A stretch of DNA of 64,000 nucleotides from Paramecium tetraurelia (taxonomy: Eukaryota). The notes under the pieces are model-generated. The model was not told where the DNA came from, made no database searches, and saw only the letters and a list, made by a program, of their open reading frames with translations. Position 1 is the first letter of the stretch; every line of letters starts with the position of its first letter. The position numbers and the translations under genes were made by a program. Below are positions 13,849 to 27,362 of this stretch, in pieces. The stretch is taken from the NCBI GenBank assembly GCA_000165425.1, contig CT868430.1, positions 1 to 64,000 on the forward strand. Reading direction: 5' to 3'.

Positions 13849-14870
13849 AATATTTCTATATAATTAATGATAAATTTGTATTAAACACCTTTTATACTCA
13901 TATATTTGTATTCTATATAGATTTCAAATAAGAATTATTCTTATTCTATATAAGAATAAAGTAAAATGAGTAATTAGAAATTTTTTAGGACCTTTTTAAT
14001 TGATATTAATTAATAAATAAGTCAATACTTAGAATGATAAATTAATAGTTGAAATTTAAAGTTCATATTTGCTGGATATCAAATTAAAATACCATACTTA
14101 ATTATTATTATAAAAAAGGATAAAGCAAGGATGATTTTTACTTGGGATAATTAATATTGCTATTTAGAAGTTAAGTATTTCATGATCAGCCTCTTATTCT
14201 CTATTTAGAATAAAGAGGTATTTTCATTATTCCAAATCTAATTGATATATTTTGAGTTCAGATAATTTGATTCATCAACATAATAACCCTCGGTATTATT
14301 AAACTAATTAAGATGAGCAGATATACTATATGAGGAACATTTTAGAAACAAATTATAAATGAAAGCTCGAAACTAATTGAAAAAAACAAAGATGAAAATT
14401 TTTAATAGTATTTCATGGATCAAGAAAAGGGATCTATGGATTTAGATAATAATTGACTATGGTAATCTTCTTGCAAAATCAGCAGAATTAACTATTCTTA
14501 GTTATAATTAATAGTTACACCAATTAAAATCATCTAGTATAATACAATAAATTGGATCGATCCTTTAAGATAGCAAAATATGCTTTATCATTAACTAAAC
14601 CTTATCATAACATTTCAAATAGAGAAAAATGCTTGTATGAAATCATTTCGAAATTATTATGGGAGTTAATAATTAGAATCTTATCATTTTTTGATTATTG
14701 TATAATCCTTGATTAATTTGAAGATTTCAGAATGGATGATTACCTATATTTAGGGTTTCAACTTCTATTAGGTTTTATAACAACGATATTTATGAAATAA
14801 AAATTGTATTTATGTGTTATTAGAAAATTATTTGTAAATATATATATATAAATTCAGGATATGTTTGATA

Positions 14871-15086
14871 TCATCTTAAAGAGACTGTAGACATAAATAC
14901 ATTTTATTATTGTTATTGCTATTATGGTTTTTTTGATTTTTTTTTAGGATATAAAACTTCCGTAATATCTGTTAAAGGAGGTCTGTTTGAATGTAATAGG
15001 TTATGTTGATTAATCTCCTATGGGCCTTCATTCTCTTTATTAGGGTTTTCTTATTCCTCCTCGAATTTTAACTATTTTGAGTTCAT
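14871..15086 (-). CDS. 71-aa protein with KEN box, D-box-like RPPLTDIT and C-terminal LR tail (putative OSD1/UVI4-like APC/C regulator)
   Basis: Intronless MNSKQLKFEEEQENPNKENEGPQEINQHNLLHSNRPPLTDITEVLYPKKKSKKPQQQQQQQNVFMSTVSLR*. Confidence 0.7.
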
Positions 15087-15087
15087 T

Positions 15088-15168
15088 TTTGAATTCAAAT
15101 TTAATTATTATCAAATATTATTATTTAATTCCGAATAAAAAAATTCACATAAAAGGCTTATTTGGCGG
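15088..15168 (-). promoter_or_regulatory. E2F-consensus site plus CHR-like palindrome upstream of the 71-aa gene
   Basis: TTTGGCGG at 15161-15168 matches WTTSSCSS; TTTGAATTCAAA at 15088-15099 lies just upstream of the ATG. Confidence 0.45.
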
Positions 15169-15312
15169 ATTTCACTTCAATTATTATCTTAAATCAGATA
15201 GTTTAATTAAGCAATAATCATGCTTCAATGAAATTGGTCAAGCTGTAAAATACAATATCATAGGATTTATAAATTGATAGTTAAGGAGTAGAAAAGAATT
15301 CATAGGTTTCAA

Positions 15313-18300
15313 TCACTTATTTTATAAGAGTAATGATAGGAGAGTCATTTAACTCTCTTCATATTGATATGAAATTGTAGATGTGTATAACATATTATAA
15401 TATCAAATCAATTATTAAATTACTTTTTGCGATTGCAATTTTTAAGGTTTCGAAATTTTCTAAGTTCTTCTCCATCTAAAGTTTCAATTCGAACAAATTA
15501 TAATTATTCGTTGATTTTGTTAATAACTGTTTATTCCAATCCATTTTTCAATTAATCAATTGCTTATGGGAATCTAAAGAATGAGTATAATAGATATACT
15601 AATTTTTTATGCTAAGGAGGGTCTATTTGAATATTGAATATTCATCTAATTTGACGATAGAACTTAAGAATTATTCAGTTTATTGTTAAGCTTGTTAGAT
15701 TTCTTCTTCATCATTGAAATCGCTGTCATCTTCATCATCTAATTCATCATCCATGTAACTAGATTATTAAAAGATTAATTACTCATTTTATTTATATTTA
15801 TAGTCTTTCTCATATTTCTCTTAAGCTATTAAATTGTTGACCATGATAGTCAGCAAATTGGGTGTTAGGAGATTAGGTTATTTCATAATCAAAGAGGACA
15901 TTGTAATAATAAATAGTTTGATATCGTAGCCTGGGGAATAATGTGTTTCCAAAATTCTATTATAAACTGCTTGGAAAAATTCAGTTAATACTTCATAGGT
16001 TTTTTCGGGTATTTTATATAGAGAACTTAAAATGATACCAGTTATTCTAGACTTTAAGTGTTCATTGATATCTTGCTTTTAAAGGAGTTAGATAGTTTGG
16101 AATAGTATTTGGGAAAGGATATTAGTTTTAAGATCATCATGTAATTCTTGGATTCCTAATTGAATTAACAATGCTCCTTCTCCTTATTCAATGTCACCAT
16201 GGAGATCTTCATTTTGAAGATTCTAGAATGCCAATTAAAAGTAAATGGACTATTAGGCTTCATTCAAAAAATAGTTTCTTCCGAAATGCATGTATTGATT
16301 GAGTGTTTCAAAGAGATTGCACAATCTTCCCTATTATTTTTTAATGATATTCTAGAAATATGGCAAGATTTGCATCTACAATTCTGTTACAACTGATAAT
16401 TTAGAGATGCATCCTGAAATGAAGAGCACTAGATCTTCATCGTAATCTATTTTATCACAAAAGGCTAACATTGAATACAATTATGCTAAATGCTACTCTA
16501 ATTTTCCTAGGATGCCAGTGAATTCATCTTGTTCAGCCAATTGCCTAAGAACATTCCAACATCTGTTTAAATAGATATGTCTTTATTGATCACCTGAGTT
16601 TATTTTCTACTATTCAGTTATGACTCTCTGATTCAACACTTAGATCAATCCAACTAATAGGTTATCATTTTACAAGAACTGATTTGGATACTTTTTTAGT
16701 AAATTGGTTATTGTTTCAAAGTGTCTTTCATATGTACTATATTGGAGTCCATTGCATAATGAGGGGAATAGTAATAATACCAAATCTTTGGTTTTGTTTT
16801 TGAGATCATCATCTTCAAATATGTCTTTTAATGCATCAATTGATTAATAAAGTACTACAGGTTCTTGTGGTTATACAAAACTGATCATTATTTATAAATA
16901 AGCATTCATATTTTAAGATTAAGTTTCCTTTTTGAATAAGTTGTCACAATAATATCCAAAGAATAAGGAGAGTCTTAATTTGATTATTTATTCTTAAACG
17001 TTCTAAAAGTATAATAAATTATCAGTTAGAAGTTATTCCATCAACTAAACTATATCCAATCTTTTCTATATCAAATAACTCATAATTGTCAATATTACTA
17101 AACTACTTTCAATCCTATCAATTGGAGTATACTCTTTGAACAATTTCCTAATATGAATTGTATTTTTACTTATCTTGTAATGCCATTACAAAAGTCAATT
17201 GTTATTCCTTCAATTAAACTGGGTTACTCGATATCATATTGATGGAATGTTATGATATAATGACTGCCAGATTTGCTAAAAATGTAGTTGATCCATCTAT
17301 ATGATCACACAAGGTTTCTAATAAGGATGCTGCTGCTGTTTTTGGAACATCAGATTCCTATTTATCTACTGAATCCAAGGCTAAATTAACAAACTCTTCT
17401 GGTTATTCTTTCATTTATTAATATTCCTTCTATGATGTTATCAAAAATGGGTATATTGCATCTGTTATTAAGGCTATTTTGGAATCAGAGAAGATTTGAT
17501 ATTGTTCAGTCTAAGACCCTAAATTAGCCAATAATTTCATTATGTAGGTCATTATGCTTGTCAAATAGGGTTTACTTTAATGATAGTAATTTGAATGAAT
17601 ACTTGTATATTTAATGAATGGATTCACTGTTGGTATATGCCAACAAGCTATAGATCAGCAATTATGTTATAGTTGTTAGATAAGGTCCAAAGGCTCCTTT
17701 TTTCACTTCATTCTTATTTCGGCTGTTCAATAATACTTATAGACATAAGAAATAGATTTTGAAAACTTAACATTTAATTTCATTTAATTGAGCGTCAAAG
17801 TGATCATTTCCCGTATTAATAATGGAACAATTTTGAATCTGTTTACCAGTTTATGGAGAATAAGATAATAAAATCATCAGAACTCCTGAGAAAGAATTCA
17901 ATTGGAACAGAATGTTTTGTATTGGTTAAGTTTGTTCTTTTTAACTATTATTTTTGTCAAACACTTTTTCACATAAATCTGATACAACCTATGTATAGAT
18001 TCTGATAGTTGTGATGAAATCATCCGGTAGTTCTTTTGGCTATTCCGTTAATTTAGTCATGATATATGCAGCTTGATTGAAAAACTCACTTACCCATTCA
18101 TAACCGGTTTAGACGATTGAACTATAGGTTTGTAATTCCAAAGAGTCCAGTAGGATCTTAAAAAATATGATTCCTGTTTAAAATTGCCAATGTTGATCTT
18201 GGCGTAAAAATTCCTTCATTTTATTTTCAATTTCAGTCTTTACACCTAAATTAAGTGGATAATTACTTTTATCTTTCCTCACTATTAAACTCATACACTT

Positions 18301-18651
18301 TACTAAGGATTACTTACATTTTAAGGGTGTGTATTGAGAAATCAGAACTCCTAGGATTGAATTTGCGTGATGAATAGTCAATTAAACTAAAATAGTAAGA
18401 TAAAAAAATACTGTTATTTGTTAGCATCTTCAGCACAACTGAATTCAATAAACTGGCTGCCTGCTCTTACACTATAAAATATTAATTAATATTTTACTTT
18501 TGTCTTATTACATAGCTACTTTAGCAATTTATTAAAAATTCTATATGTTATCTATTAAATTAGTCACTAATTGTTTCTCTGTTTCATTTCTGATTTTATT
18601 ATCTGTATTTGTAAAAACTGTTACTAATTAGTCGTAGATTTCGGATGCCAT
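15313..18651 (-). CDS. Importin-beta family karyopherin (importin 7/8-like)
   Basis: IBN_N-like start MASEIYDQLVTVFTNTDNKIRNETEKQL; Cse1-like EQPEEFVNLALDSVDKQESDVPKTAAASLLETL; acidic loop DDELDDEDDSD; about 1050 aa helical. Confidence 0.75.
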
Positions 18652-18811
18652 CCTAATTTGAGATTTAAATTATTTAAATATTATTTATGAAAATATTAAT
18701 CAACTTCATTTCTCACAAATTAAATTATATTAATTATTTTTATTATCTATTTGAAGCTCTCTTCTAAGAGCCAATAAAATAATATCTGATAATAATCAAA
18801 TAAATTAAATA

Positions 18812-20199
18812 TCAAATCGGTGATTTGAGTATTTTCTTCTTCTTCTTTTTCCCCTTGCTTCCAGATTACTATTATTATTAATATTATTATTTCTATTATT
18901 CCAACATATCCATTAAAGTAGTCAACTCATTCATCTTGTTCTCTATCTGAATCAACAGATCCCCTGATTGTTATTCCTCCTTATTGATATCTGAATTCAT
19001 CAATTATGAATCATATCTCGGTCTCTATTGCAATTATTGGATCCTCTTTTGCAATTGTTTATTCTACCTCAACAAATCCTTGCAATTAGGACATTCTAAC
19101 TAAAATAAACTACTAACCTAATTCTTCAGACTCCTCTTGCTATTGTTCTTAAATGATAGGATATTCGTCTTCCTAATTCTCCTCTACATCTTCATAATAA
19201 TTCTTTTGCTCCTTGAATATTTGTATGTTTCGAACCAACTTGTCAAATATATCTTTGGAATAGGGTTCAACGAATCCTGGATTTTCTCTTAGATCTAAAG
19301 AGATCAAGGATTCATTTGTATCCAAAATCTAACTAAACAATTTAACTCCTTCTTCTCCTATTTGATTTTCTCTCAAACCAATATTCTTAGTCCATGAATC
19401 ATACATCAAAAAATTACACAAATCTTTAACACATCTATCATTAAACATATTTTAATGCAAAAATATCTCGCATAAACCTTACAATGCCAACTATTATGAA
19501 GGTTCTAATTAATATATTCATTATATTACCGTCACCTCTTATTTCCTCAGCCCATTTCATTTCATCTCTTCTACCTGCATGTGAACTGATTATCTTACCA
19601 ATTATCATCCCAGCATTTTCTTTTAATAAATTATTAGATAAATCTAACAAATTCAATGAAACACATTATTGGATAGGCTCAGATAGAATTTATAAATGTT
19701 AGCTAGTCAAACTACAATTTGTTATCTTGAGTTCCTTCAATGTTTTTGTACTCTTTAATCCAAATGATATGCATTCACAATCCTTTGGACTCAAAATCAA
19801 ATCAGTTATATGTATATGCATTAAATTGAATTGAGTCTATGTCAAATTTAAATTAATTGCTGTCAAAATACCATTGATTATTTGTTGCAGTTCCTCTAAA
19901 CTTACTAAATCATCTATGGAAATTTAAGTTTATTAATACTTTTATTCATTTTCTTTCTCAATCTTCCATAAACAACTATTGAATCAAAATGGCACAAACT
20001 CAATAATAATTATAATGGTATTATATCCTCTATTCTTATCAAAATGGCATTCAATCTAAGAGATTAATCCTTCAAACCCTAAGCTATCAAATATCATACA
20101 AAATGTACTTATAGTTTTACTCAAATGCACATGTTGTTCCTGGCATATTTATTTATAAATTGAAAGGTATTCTCTATTTGGATTGTATGTCTTTTTCAT
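18812..20199 (-). CDS. Leucine-rich repeat (RNI-like) protein with an acidic/Gln-rich tail
   Basis: Repeats LDLSNNLL, IGLRENQIGEEG, LISLDLRENPGF; ends GKKKKKKILKSPI*. Confidence 0.8.
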
Positions 20200-20238
20200 C
20201 GGTTAAATAAAAATTAATATAAAAATTAAAATTTGTAA

Positions 20239-21157
20239 ATGAAATCATTATCTGCTTCCAAATACAATCATAACAATACGAGCTTTACAACACCTGAAAA
20301 AAAGTCAAATAAAGTATGCCCTCAAGTTATATAAGAGTAGATAAAATACACAGTCCACTATGAAACTAAGTGGTGAAATGATGTCCGTTTAAAGTTATTT
20401 ATATGAATAAGCTCATCTCAAAGAAGAAGCCTCTAAAAAAGAGATCATTAGACTCATTAGATTAGTCATAGATAGTCTAGAAAAGAATAGAAATATAAAA
20501 GAATTAAATGAATAACACACTAAATTAATAATTGGTTTGAGAACATGTATTAATTAATAAGAAGTATCAAGTTACATCATTTAATTAATTTAAATCATTC
20601 GAGAAATTACCAATAATCAACAATTTAAAAAAGAAATCTAAACTGAAAATGATAAAGCAATTCTAATTAAAAGAATACACGAATTAGAATTATAAGCCTA
20701 AGAAACTTAATGGCAATTCGGTAATTATAATTAATAATAATGGTTAGAAATGAAAATTAGAGATCATCAAGCAACATAGAAGATTAAATAATATTAAGAT
20801 GAATTAGAGCAAATCAAAAAGTATAAAAAAGAGACTTAAATCTCAAAGCCTTAATGCAATTCTCCTCAAAATATTGAATTAAAAAATCAAATCAAACTCA
20901 TGCAATAAAAAATACAAAGCTTATCTGAAAAAGAAAAGAAGTTGATTCAATTAGTAAAAGCAGTCAAATCTAGAGGTATTGATGTTGAACATATTTATAA
21001 AAACATCAATCAAATATCAAGTCGAAACAGTAGAATAACTAAAGATGAAACAATAACTGACTTTGTTGATAGTTCCCATTCAGATTTTGCAGACATTTCA
21101 TAATTAGATGCTGGCCAAACTTTAATCAAAAGAAATCATAAATTTTTATTTGATTGA
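20239..21157 (+). CDS. Coiled-coil hypothetical protein
   Basis: MKSLSASKYNHNNTSFTTPEKK..LSEKEKKLIQLVKAVKSRGIDVEHIY..FLFD*. Confidence 0.7.
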
Positions 21158-21629
21158 TTATTTTCATTTCTACACATTTATTTAGTATAATCATAAACAA
21201 AATATTCACTATGTATTATTCAAGAGCACTTTGAATGTATGAATCAAAACTTTATTACATTAAGTATCCCTAAGTAGCGCATGTTTAATAAGATCTCTCT
21301 TAAAGATTATGACCCATATAGATGATAGATATTTATTTTATTAAAGTAGAATTCTATTTGTGATTATTTTTTTTGGAATTTATTGCCACCCTTAAAATTT
21401 AATGCAATTTATAATAGTTTGTTTCTGATGCTTCATGTTTCTTGAAAATTTATTAAAATTCACTATGTAATAAATATAAATATATATGTTTAAACTTATA
21501 TTTTTATCTTCAAATAGTTAGAAATAATATTAATTTGGCTTAAAAATCCTTTTCAATATTGTCTCAGTATATTTCACTTATTTTCTATTTAATCTTCTAT
21601 ATTTTATTATTAGTTAATTAATAAATTAG

Positions 21630-22174
21630 ATGTTAAATAAAGAAAATAATATTATTTTCTTATAAGCTATTTAAGAAAAATAGTTTAACAAAGCTTATAA
21701 AATAGGATCACAAATTTTGAATAAGAACCCTAATGAATAAAGCATCAAGAGATTCATGATATTTTTGTAAAATAATCTCCAAGATTGTAATATATTTATC
21801 TAATTTTTGTAAATTATTAAAGTGAAGAAGAAGAAAATGATGAAGAAGAAGAGGTTGAATATGATTATGAATTAGAACTTTAATAAAAACGATTAAAAAC
21901 AAATAAGAGGGCATAAGTATGATTCGCTATAAAAAAGTAGCCAATTAAGATGAATAAACTTTAAAGAAATAAGGAAATCAAAAATACATAAGACATGAAG
22001 AATAAATAAATAGAAATGCCAGTTAAAACAAAGAAACAAATATCATTAATTAGAAATCTGAAGTAAACAAACAAAATATCAAATAAATAATTAAATAAAC
22101 CATCTGAAGTACAATAGCTTAAAACAACAGTTCCTTAAATTTCCATTTAATTTCCTTCGTTAGTGCGAAAATGA
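21630..22174 (+). CDS. Glu/Gln-rich small protein with an N-terminal TPR-like helix pair (ERICH2-like)
   Basis: MLNKENNIIFLQAIQEKQFNKAYKIGSQILNKNPNEQSIKRF followed by EEEENDEEEEVE; ends PSLVRK*. Confidence 0.55.
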
Positions 22175-22549
22175 TTAAACAGCTTAGCTATTGAATTTAT
22201 ATATCATTTGAATTGCTTTTTATTTAACAATTAATTTAAGAGGAAAAATGAATGAATTATTAAAATCATCTGAAATTTATTTCTGTATAATAATCTTTGA
22301 GAACTAGATTTTAATATGATTCAGTAGTATAAGTATTTAAGAATGCATTTGGTCATTAATTATTTTCAAATATATTACCATTAAAATTCTAATCAAGTTT
22401 GTATTATTATTCTTAAATAGAATTTAAGTGATATAAGATACATTGTTAGGTGGAATAAATAAAATAATATAAGCTACATTAATTATGTAATTGCAATACA
22501 AACATTGTTATATAACATTACATAATCTAATTATATATAAAGAATTAAC

Positions 22550-24357
22550 TCATTACTTTTAGAGTGTAGGGGTATTGCACTCTTTTATTTTCAATGATGA
22601 ATCAGGGATTCTGATTTGTCTAGTTGAGTTGTATTATCTCACCATAGCCCCAATATTACAATTTTCAGCAGTAGGATCATCAAAACTATCTTATTTACAA
22701 TTAGCCATATTTTTCATTTAACTATTGGTAAGTGCTAGTCTATGTAAATCTTATTATTTTTTTGGTTCCTATTTTTATGGTATGTCTAAATAAGAGTAAA
22801 ATTTACCAGCAATTTCTCTTGAATTTTACTTTGACAGTTTAGCACTATATTAACTAAATTTGGATGCCCCAACAACAATTGAAGATTTCCTTTATTTTTG
22901 CTTTGTAAGTGAGATATTGGAGGATATTGATTCAGAGGAATTGAAATTCAAGGGAGATCTCTATTCGATCTCTTAAGTTCCAATTTTAATAGCATTCTTA
23001 AATTCAGAATATCCTTAAAGATTATTTTGAAATAATTCTATTTATCTGTTGTATTCCTTAGCCAGTTCTTTGAAATAAGGATGTTTTAAACACTTTTCAT
23101 ATGATGTATAATTTACTTCTTCTGAACTCAATCGAAAGGAAGGTTTTCTGATAAGCATTGATTAGACCAAGTCTTACATTTAGGTTGGAGCTAACTTAAA
23201 CTATTGATCTTTAAAATCGACTTCACATTATTTATTGCTCTTAAGAATAGATTTCTAATCAGCACCTGCAAATGGAGCATTTCCAGTCTATTGATAGAAT
23301 ATTGGAATACAATTAAAAGATACAAAATTACACCTGCACTAAAAACATCGCATTTATCACAATAGAAATCCATTCCATCGACATATTCAAGGATTTCAGG
23401 AGCAACAAATCCTGGTGTGCCACATCTTTTAAATAAGGGTTCTTCGTTGAGACTGGTGGCTAAACCAAAATCAGCTAAAACTATTTCATAATGATTTTCG
23501 GTTGATTTCAATAATAAGTTTTCTGGCTTGAGATCTCTGTGAATCAAATTGTTTTCGTGCATGTGTCTAAGTGCACTTATCAAATTGAAAGCAAGTTTTT
23601 ACATAGTTTGAGCTGGTAGGAATCCTTATAAAAATATATTAAAATCATACCTGTTTCACGGACTCTTTGTAATAGTTCTCCTCCTTAAATCATGTCTAAA
23701 ACAAAGTAAATTGAATTGGTTGTTTCATGAACTTCATGCAACTTTACAATATTTGGATGATTTAATCTTCTCATAACTTTTATCTCATTTAATAGACTCT
23801 CAATTCCCTTTGATTACTGAGACATGTAGCTTTTACTGAATGCCTTTATTGCATATTAGTTATTATTTTCTTTTTTTGTAGCTGAGTATACTTTTGCGAA
23901 GCTGCCTTTGCCTATCATCTTGGATACTGAAAATGCATCATGGAAATTGTTCATAATACAATTCAGTCGAAAGTGAGTCTTCCAAATCTCATAATTAGCT
24001 TTATCAGAAGTGAAGATTTCTAGACTTTTCCCTTGGTAAGAAAGTCTAAAGCCATATAATGTCTCATCTGAATTGAGTTATACAAAATGATCTGAAGAGG
24101 GATCTATAAATTAAACATGCATCGTCAAAAGGGGAGCTCTTTTGAGTTATAATTCAGACACTTTGAACAACATACCTTCACTCATCAAAAGAAATATTTT
24201 TTTGATTCTTTATTTAGAGCCCACAAGAAATTCTTATTCTATTAGATTAGATTAATCCTTCATATGCTATAACATGTAATACATCAAGTAAACATTTATC
24301 ACAGAGATGCCAAAAAGTAGAAGATTTTTTACCAAAATCAAAAATGGATTATTGCAT
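22550..24357 (-). CDS. CAMK-group Ser/Thr kinase with an N-terminal PH-like region
   Basis: MQQSIFDF..FW start; [48 protein letters not shown]. Confidence 0.92.
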
Positions 24358-24788
24358 AAGTCAATCAATTAAATGAATATACTTAAATTAAATAAAATAC
24401 TTTTTAGTTCTTAATGCCGATAATCATTAAAAATACTATATTGTTAAAAAAGAATTTCATTTTCCCAACTTGAGACATTGTAAATACTAGCCAAAATAGA
24501 ATACTGTTTGATTCAGTATATTATTAAAAACATATCTATTTTCTCATTATTTATATCTCCTAATGGAGAATTTATGTAAATTAAATGAGATTTCAAATGT
24601 TATCCAAAATCTTTTAGGATTCTAATATCTTAATTGTAAATATTTCATTTAAGAAATTAAGTCATATCACATATTTGATGAAGATAATATCTAATTAAAG
24701 AGGATTATGGTGGTTATTTATTTAATTTTTCTTAGAATCAATTTCAGGAGAATTGCAAATTTTTATATTATAATAAAATATCGTTTTA

Positions 24789-25504
24789 ATGAATAATAGC
24801 TTTTCAGCGGAAGGGCAAACCTATCAAGTTAGGACAGTCACAACCAGTTAGAATGTTTAAAGGACCAGCAATGGGGAATTCCAGGATGCTGTTTAAAGAT
24901 ATGAATTAAGAAGATCATCAAGACCCAGATAAACTTCAAATAATCAATAAACTACAGTAATTACATCTAAATACGTTTAAATGGAAAACGAGGGAAGAAA
25001 TAGTAATTATGACTTAGAAGCTTCAAGATAATCTCAAAGAGTAGTGGAGAAATATTAAGGGAATAGTTAGAACAGTCATTATGAAGTCAATAGGCAGAGT
25101 GTGAAGGAAGTTATGGACAAATACAGGAGAGGCAGAGGTAAGTTATACTGAATTTACATAGGAACAACAACATCCCAATTATAAACTACAGAAGTGAAAT
25201 ATTCAGCTGTTCCATAACCATAATATGAGTAATTGTAATAGAAGGAAACAATTTTTGAAGGAAGAAACAGTAGATACGTTGAGGAGTAGGACTATTCACA
25301 AGAGAAATAGGTGACAATTAACTATAATACTATTTAAAGTACATTAATTTAAATATTGAAGCCAAATAATAGGTGTATGAGGTAGATTATGAATAAATCA
25401 AAGAAGATTGTCAAATCAGTGATATTTACAGGAGACCTGAAAGAGAAGAAGATGAATAAGTAGATTTATTAGACAGTGATTATGTTTCTTGCAATATATT
25501 TTGA
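24789..25504 (+). CDS. Hydrophilic low-complexity protein ending in CaaX (CNIF)
   Basis: MNNSFSAEGQTYQVRTVTT..; last exon DLLDSDYVSCNIF*; short introns. Confidence 0.65.
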
Positions 25505-26398
25505 AATATTATTATTAATAATGAATAATTAAAACAATTAAAATACTTAAATTTCTAAATATTCATTGTCCTTATTAGCATCTCTCTATATAATTCTAGT
25601 TTATTCACAAGTGATAAAATGAGAAGAAAAATATATTCTTTTTGCTATATAATGTAAAGTTAAGTTGGAATTCTCCGAATTTTTAATAGCTAGCATAATA
25701 GTATTTAGCCTAAATCAATACTCTTCAATAGGATGCTCACTAAAGGACATTTTAATTAACAGGTACATTCCTAACAAATTTATTTACCTTGATTCTTATT
25801 CTAAACAATACATATAAGACTTAGTTATGTGTTTGTGGAATAGAAGAAGATGATACTGATTCAAAATAGAAAAAAATCGATTTAGCCTCTTGGTAAAAAT
25901 ATTGAATCAATTTCCTATTCTGTGTACTGTTGTCGTTTTTGAAGAATGTCGAAATGATATTTAATATAAGAGTAAGTCTATTTTTGACAAAAGTAAGATC
26001 TTAATCAAATTAAATTTTACAGGCAAGAAATTCTCTATTATAAGAATTGTAATTATTTAGACAATGAGAATAAGATTTACAAATATTCCAAAGTATAATA
26101 TAAAATATGTTATTATATCTGATAATAGTGTTGATTTGTTATAGTGGAATGACCATATATGAAATAGCCATATGATATGATCAATTATGAGAAGAATCAG
26201 ATTTATAATTGCAGTTTCTAAAGGTCAAGCAATTCCTTTGCATGTGGCGACCATGCAATAAAGAAATTGATATTTTTTAAATAATGTCTCATATAGTAAG
26301 CATTATCGAAGATGTTATTTCTATAAGGCTCTAAAGAATCTGAATCTAGTAGAAAATAGTTTGAATCATTTGTTTTTAATGAATAATAAATGATATTC

Positions 26399-26913
26399 TC
26401 AGAAAGGATTAAACTTTTGATGATGAGATCGGCATTAGGATGGCGATCGTGTTTTAATCACAAGAGACATTTGCTTAAAGATCTTCTCTTGTTTCTTTTG
26501 GTGTGATTTCATCATGATTGCCTTGTTCGTTTCTATAAATTACAAATATAAATTATGTTCCTTTTGGGTCCAGTGACCTTTTATAGGTTGATCTATTTAC
26601 CATTTTTATACATTTTGCTTGCAGTCTTTCGTCGTATTTTCTTGGTCGGAATCTTAAACTTTAAATCCTCAGTTAGTTGTTTTACAGAACAAATGGTCGA
26701 TATAGATTATATGGGTTATTCCCTAGGATTGTATATTTATTACTCTAAATCTTCCTCTACCTTAATTGGATTAAGAAGATTTGTCATTCTAAGTTGGTGA
26801 TGAAGATTTTCAAGAATTAGATATTGTATGTAAGAATTATAGACATAGTAGAGTGATTATTCTATCTAATAAAAACAAAGTTTACCTAATGGTGGACAAT
26901 AATTTACCTACAT
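26399..26913 (-). CDS. Single-repeat Myb (SHAQKY-like) transcription factor
   Basis: KGHWTQKEHNLYLQFI..IFKQMSLVIKTRSPSQCRSHHQKFNPF*. Confidence 0.85.
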
Positions 26914-27362
26914 GAATTCAAAAGATTTCAGAATTACTTCCTTAGAAATAAAAGAAAAAATAAATGATTTTGAATAATCTCAAGAATAGCAAAAACATTA
27001 AATATACATAAAGATACATTTCTAATCATTTCTAAAATAATTTAAGAATTATTAATTAAGTAAATTAAATTTGCTAAGTAATTTTATTTTAGTTTAATTG
27101 TCTATAATAATTTATCAAAATTGGCAACGTCTCTATGCCTTTTATTCCCTTCCAGGTAATCCTGCTTCACATTTTAAGGAATATCTTAATTTCATACTTC
27201 TAATAATTTATATTTCAAAAAAACTTCATGCTTGCAGCTTATTCAAAAGTATAATATTTAATATAATTCCCTTAATGAAAATAATCAATTCTTCTAGATC
27301 ATTCAGATATCAGATATTGCCAAAACTCTTAATTTATATAATTAAAAACACAAACAAACAAT

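Noticed and set aside
13966..14830. Possible gene on the + strand
   Set aside because: No consistent frame or recognisable motif could be assembled; may be a degenerate gene
15190..15275. Possible C/D-box snoRNA on the minus strand (ATGATA..CTGA with a short AAATC/GATTT stem)
   Set aside because: Box C is non-canonical, I could not identify an rRNA-complementary guide, and such motifs are common in AT-rich DNA
16199..19702. Short hydrophobic + strand ORFs in the supplied track
   Set aside because: They are antisense shadows of the minus-strand importin and LRR genes
25520..26370. Possible gene between the CaaX and Myb genes
   Set aside because: TGA stops in the frames examined on both strands; no recognisable domain
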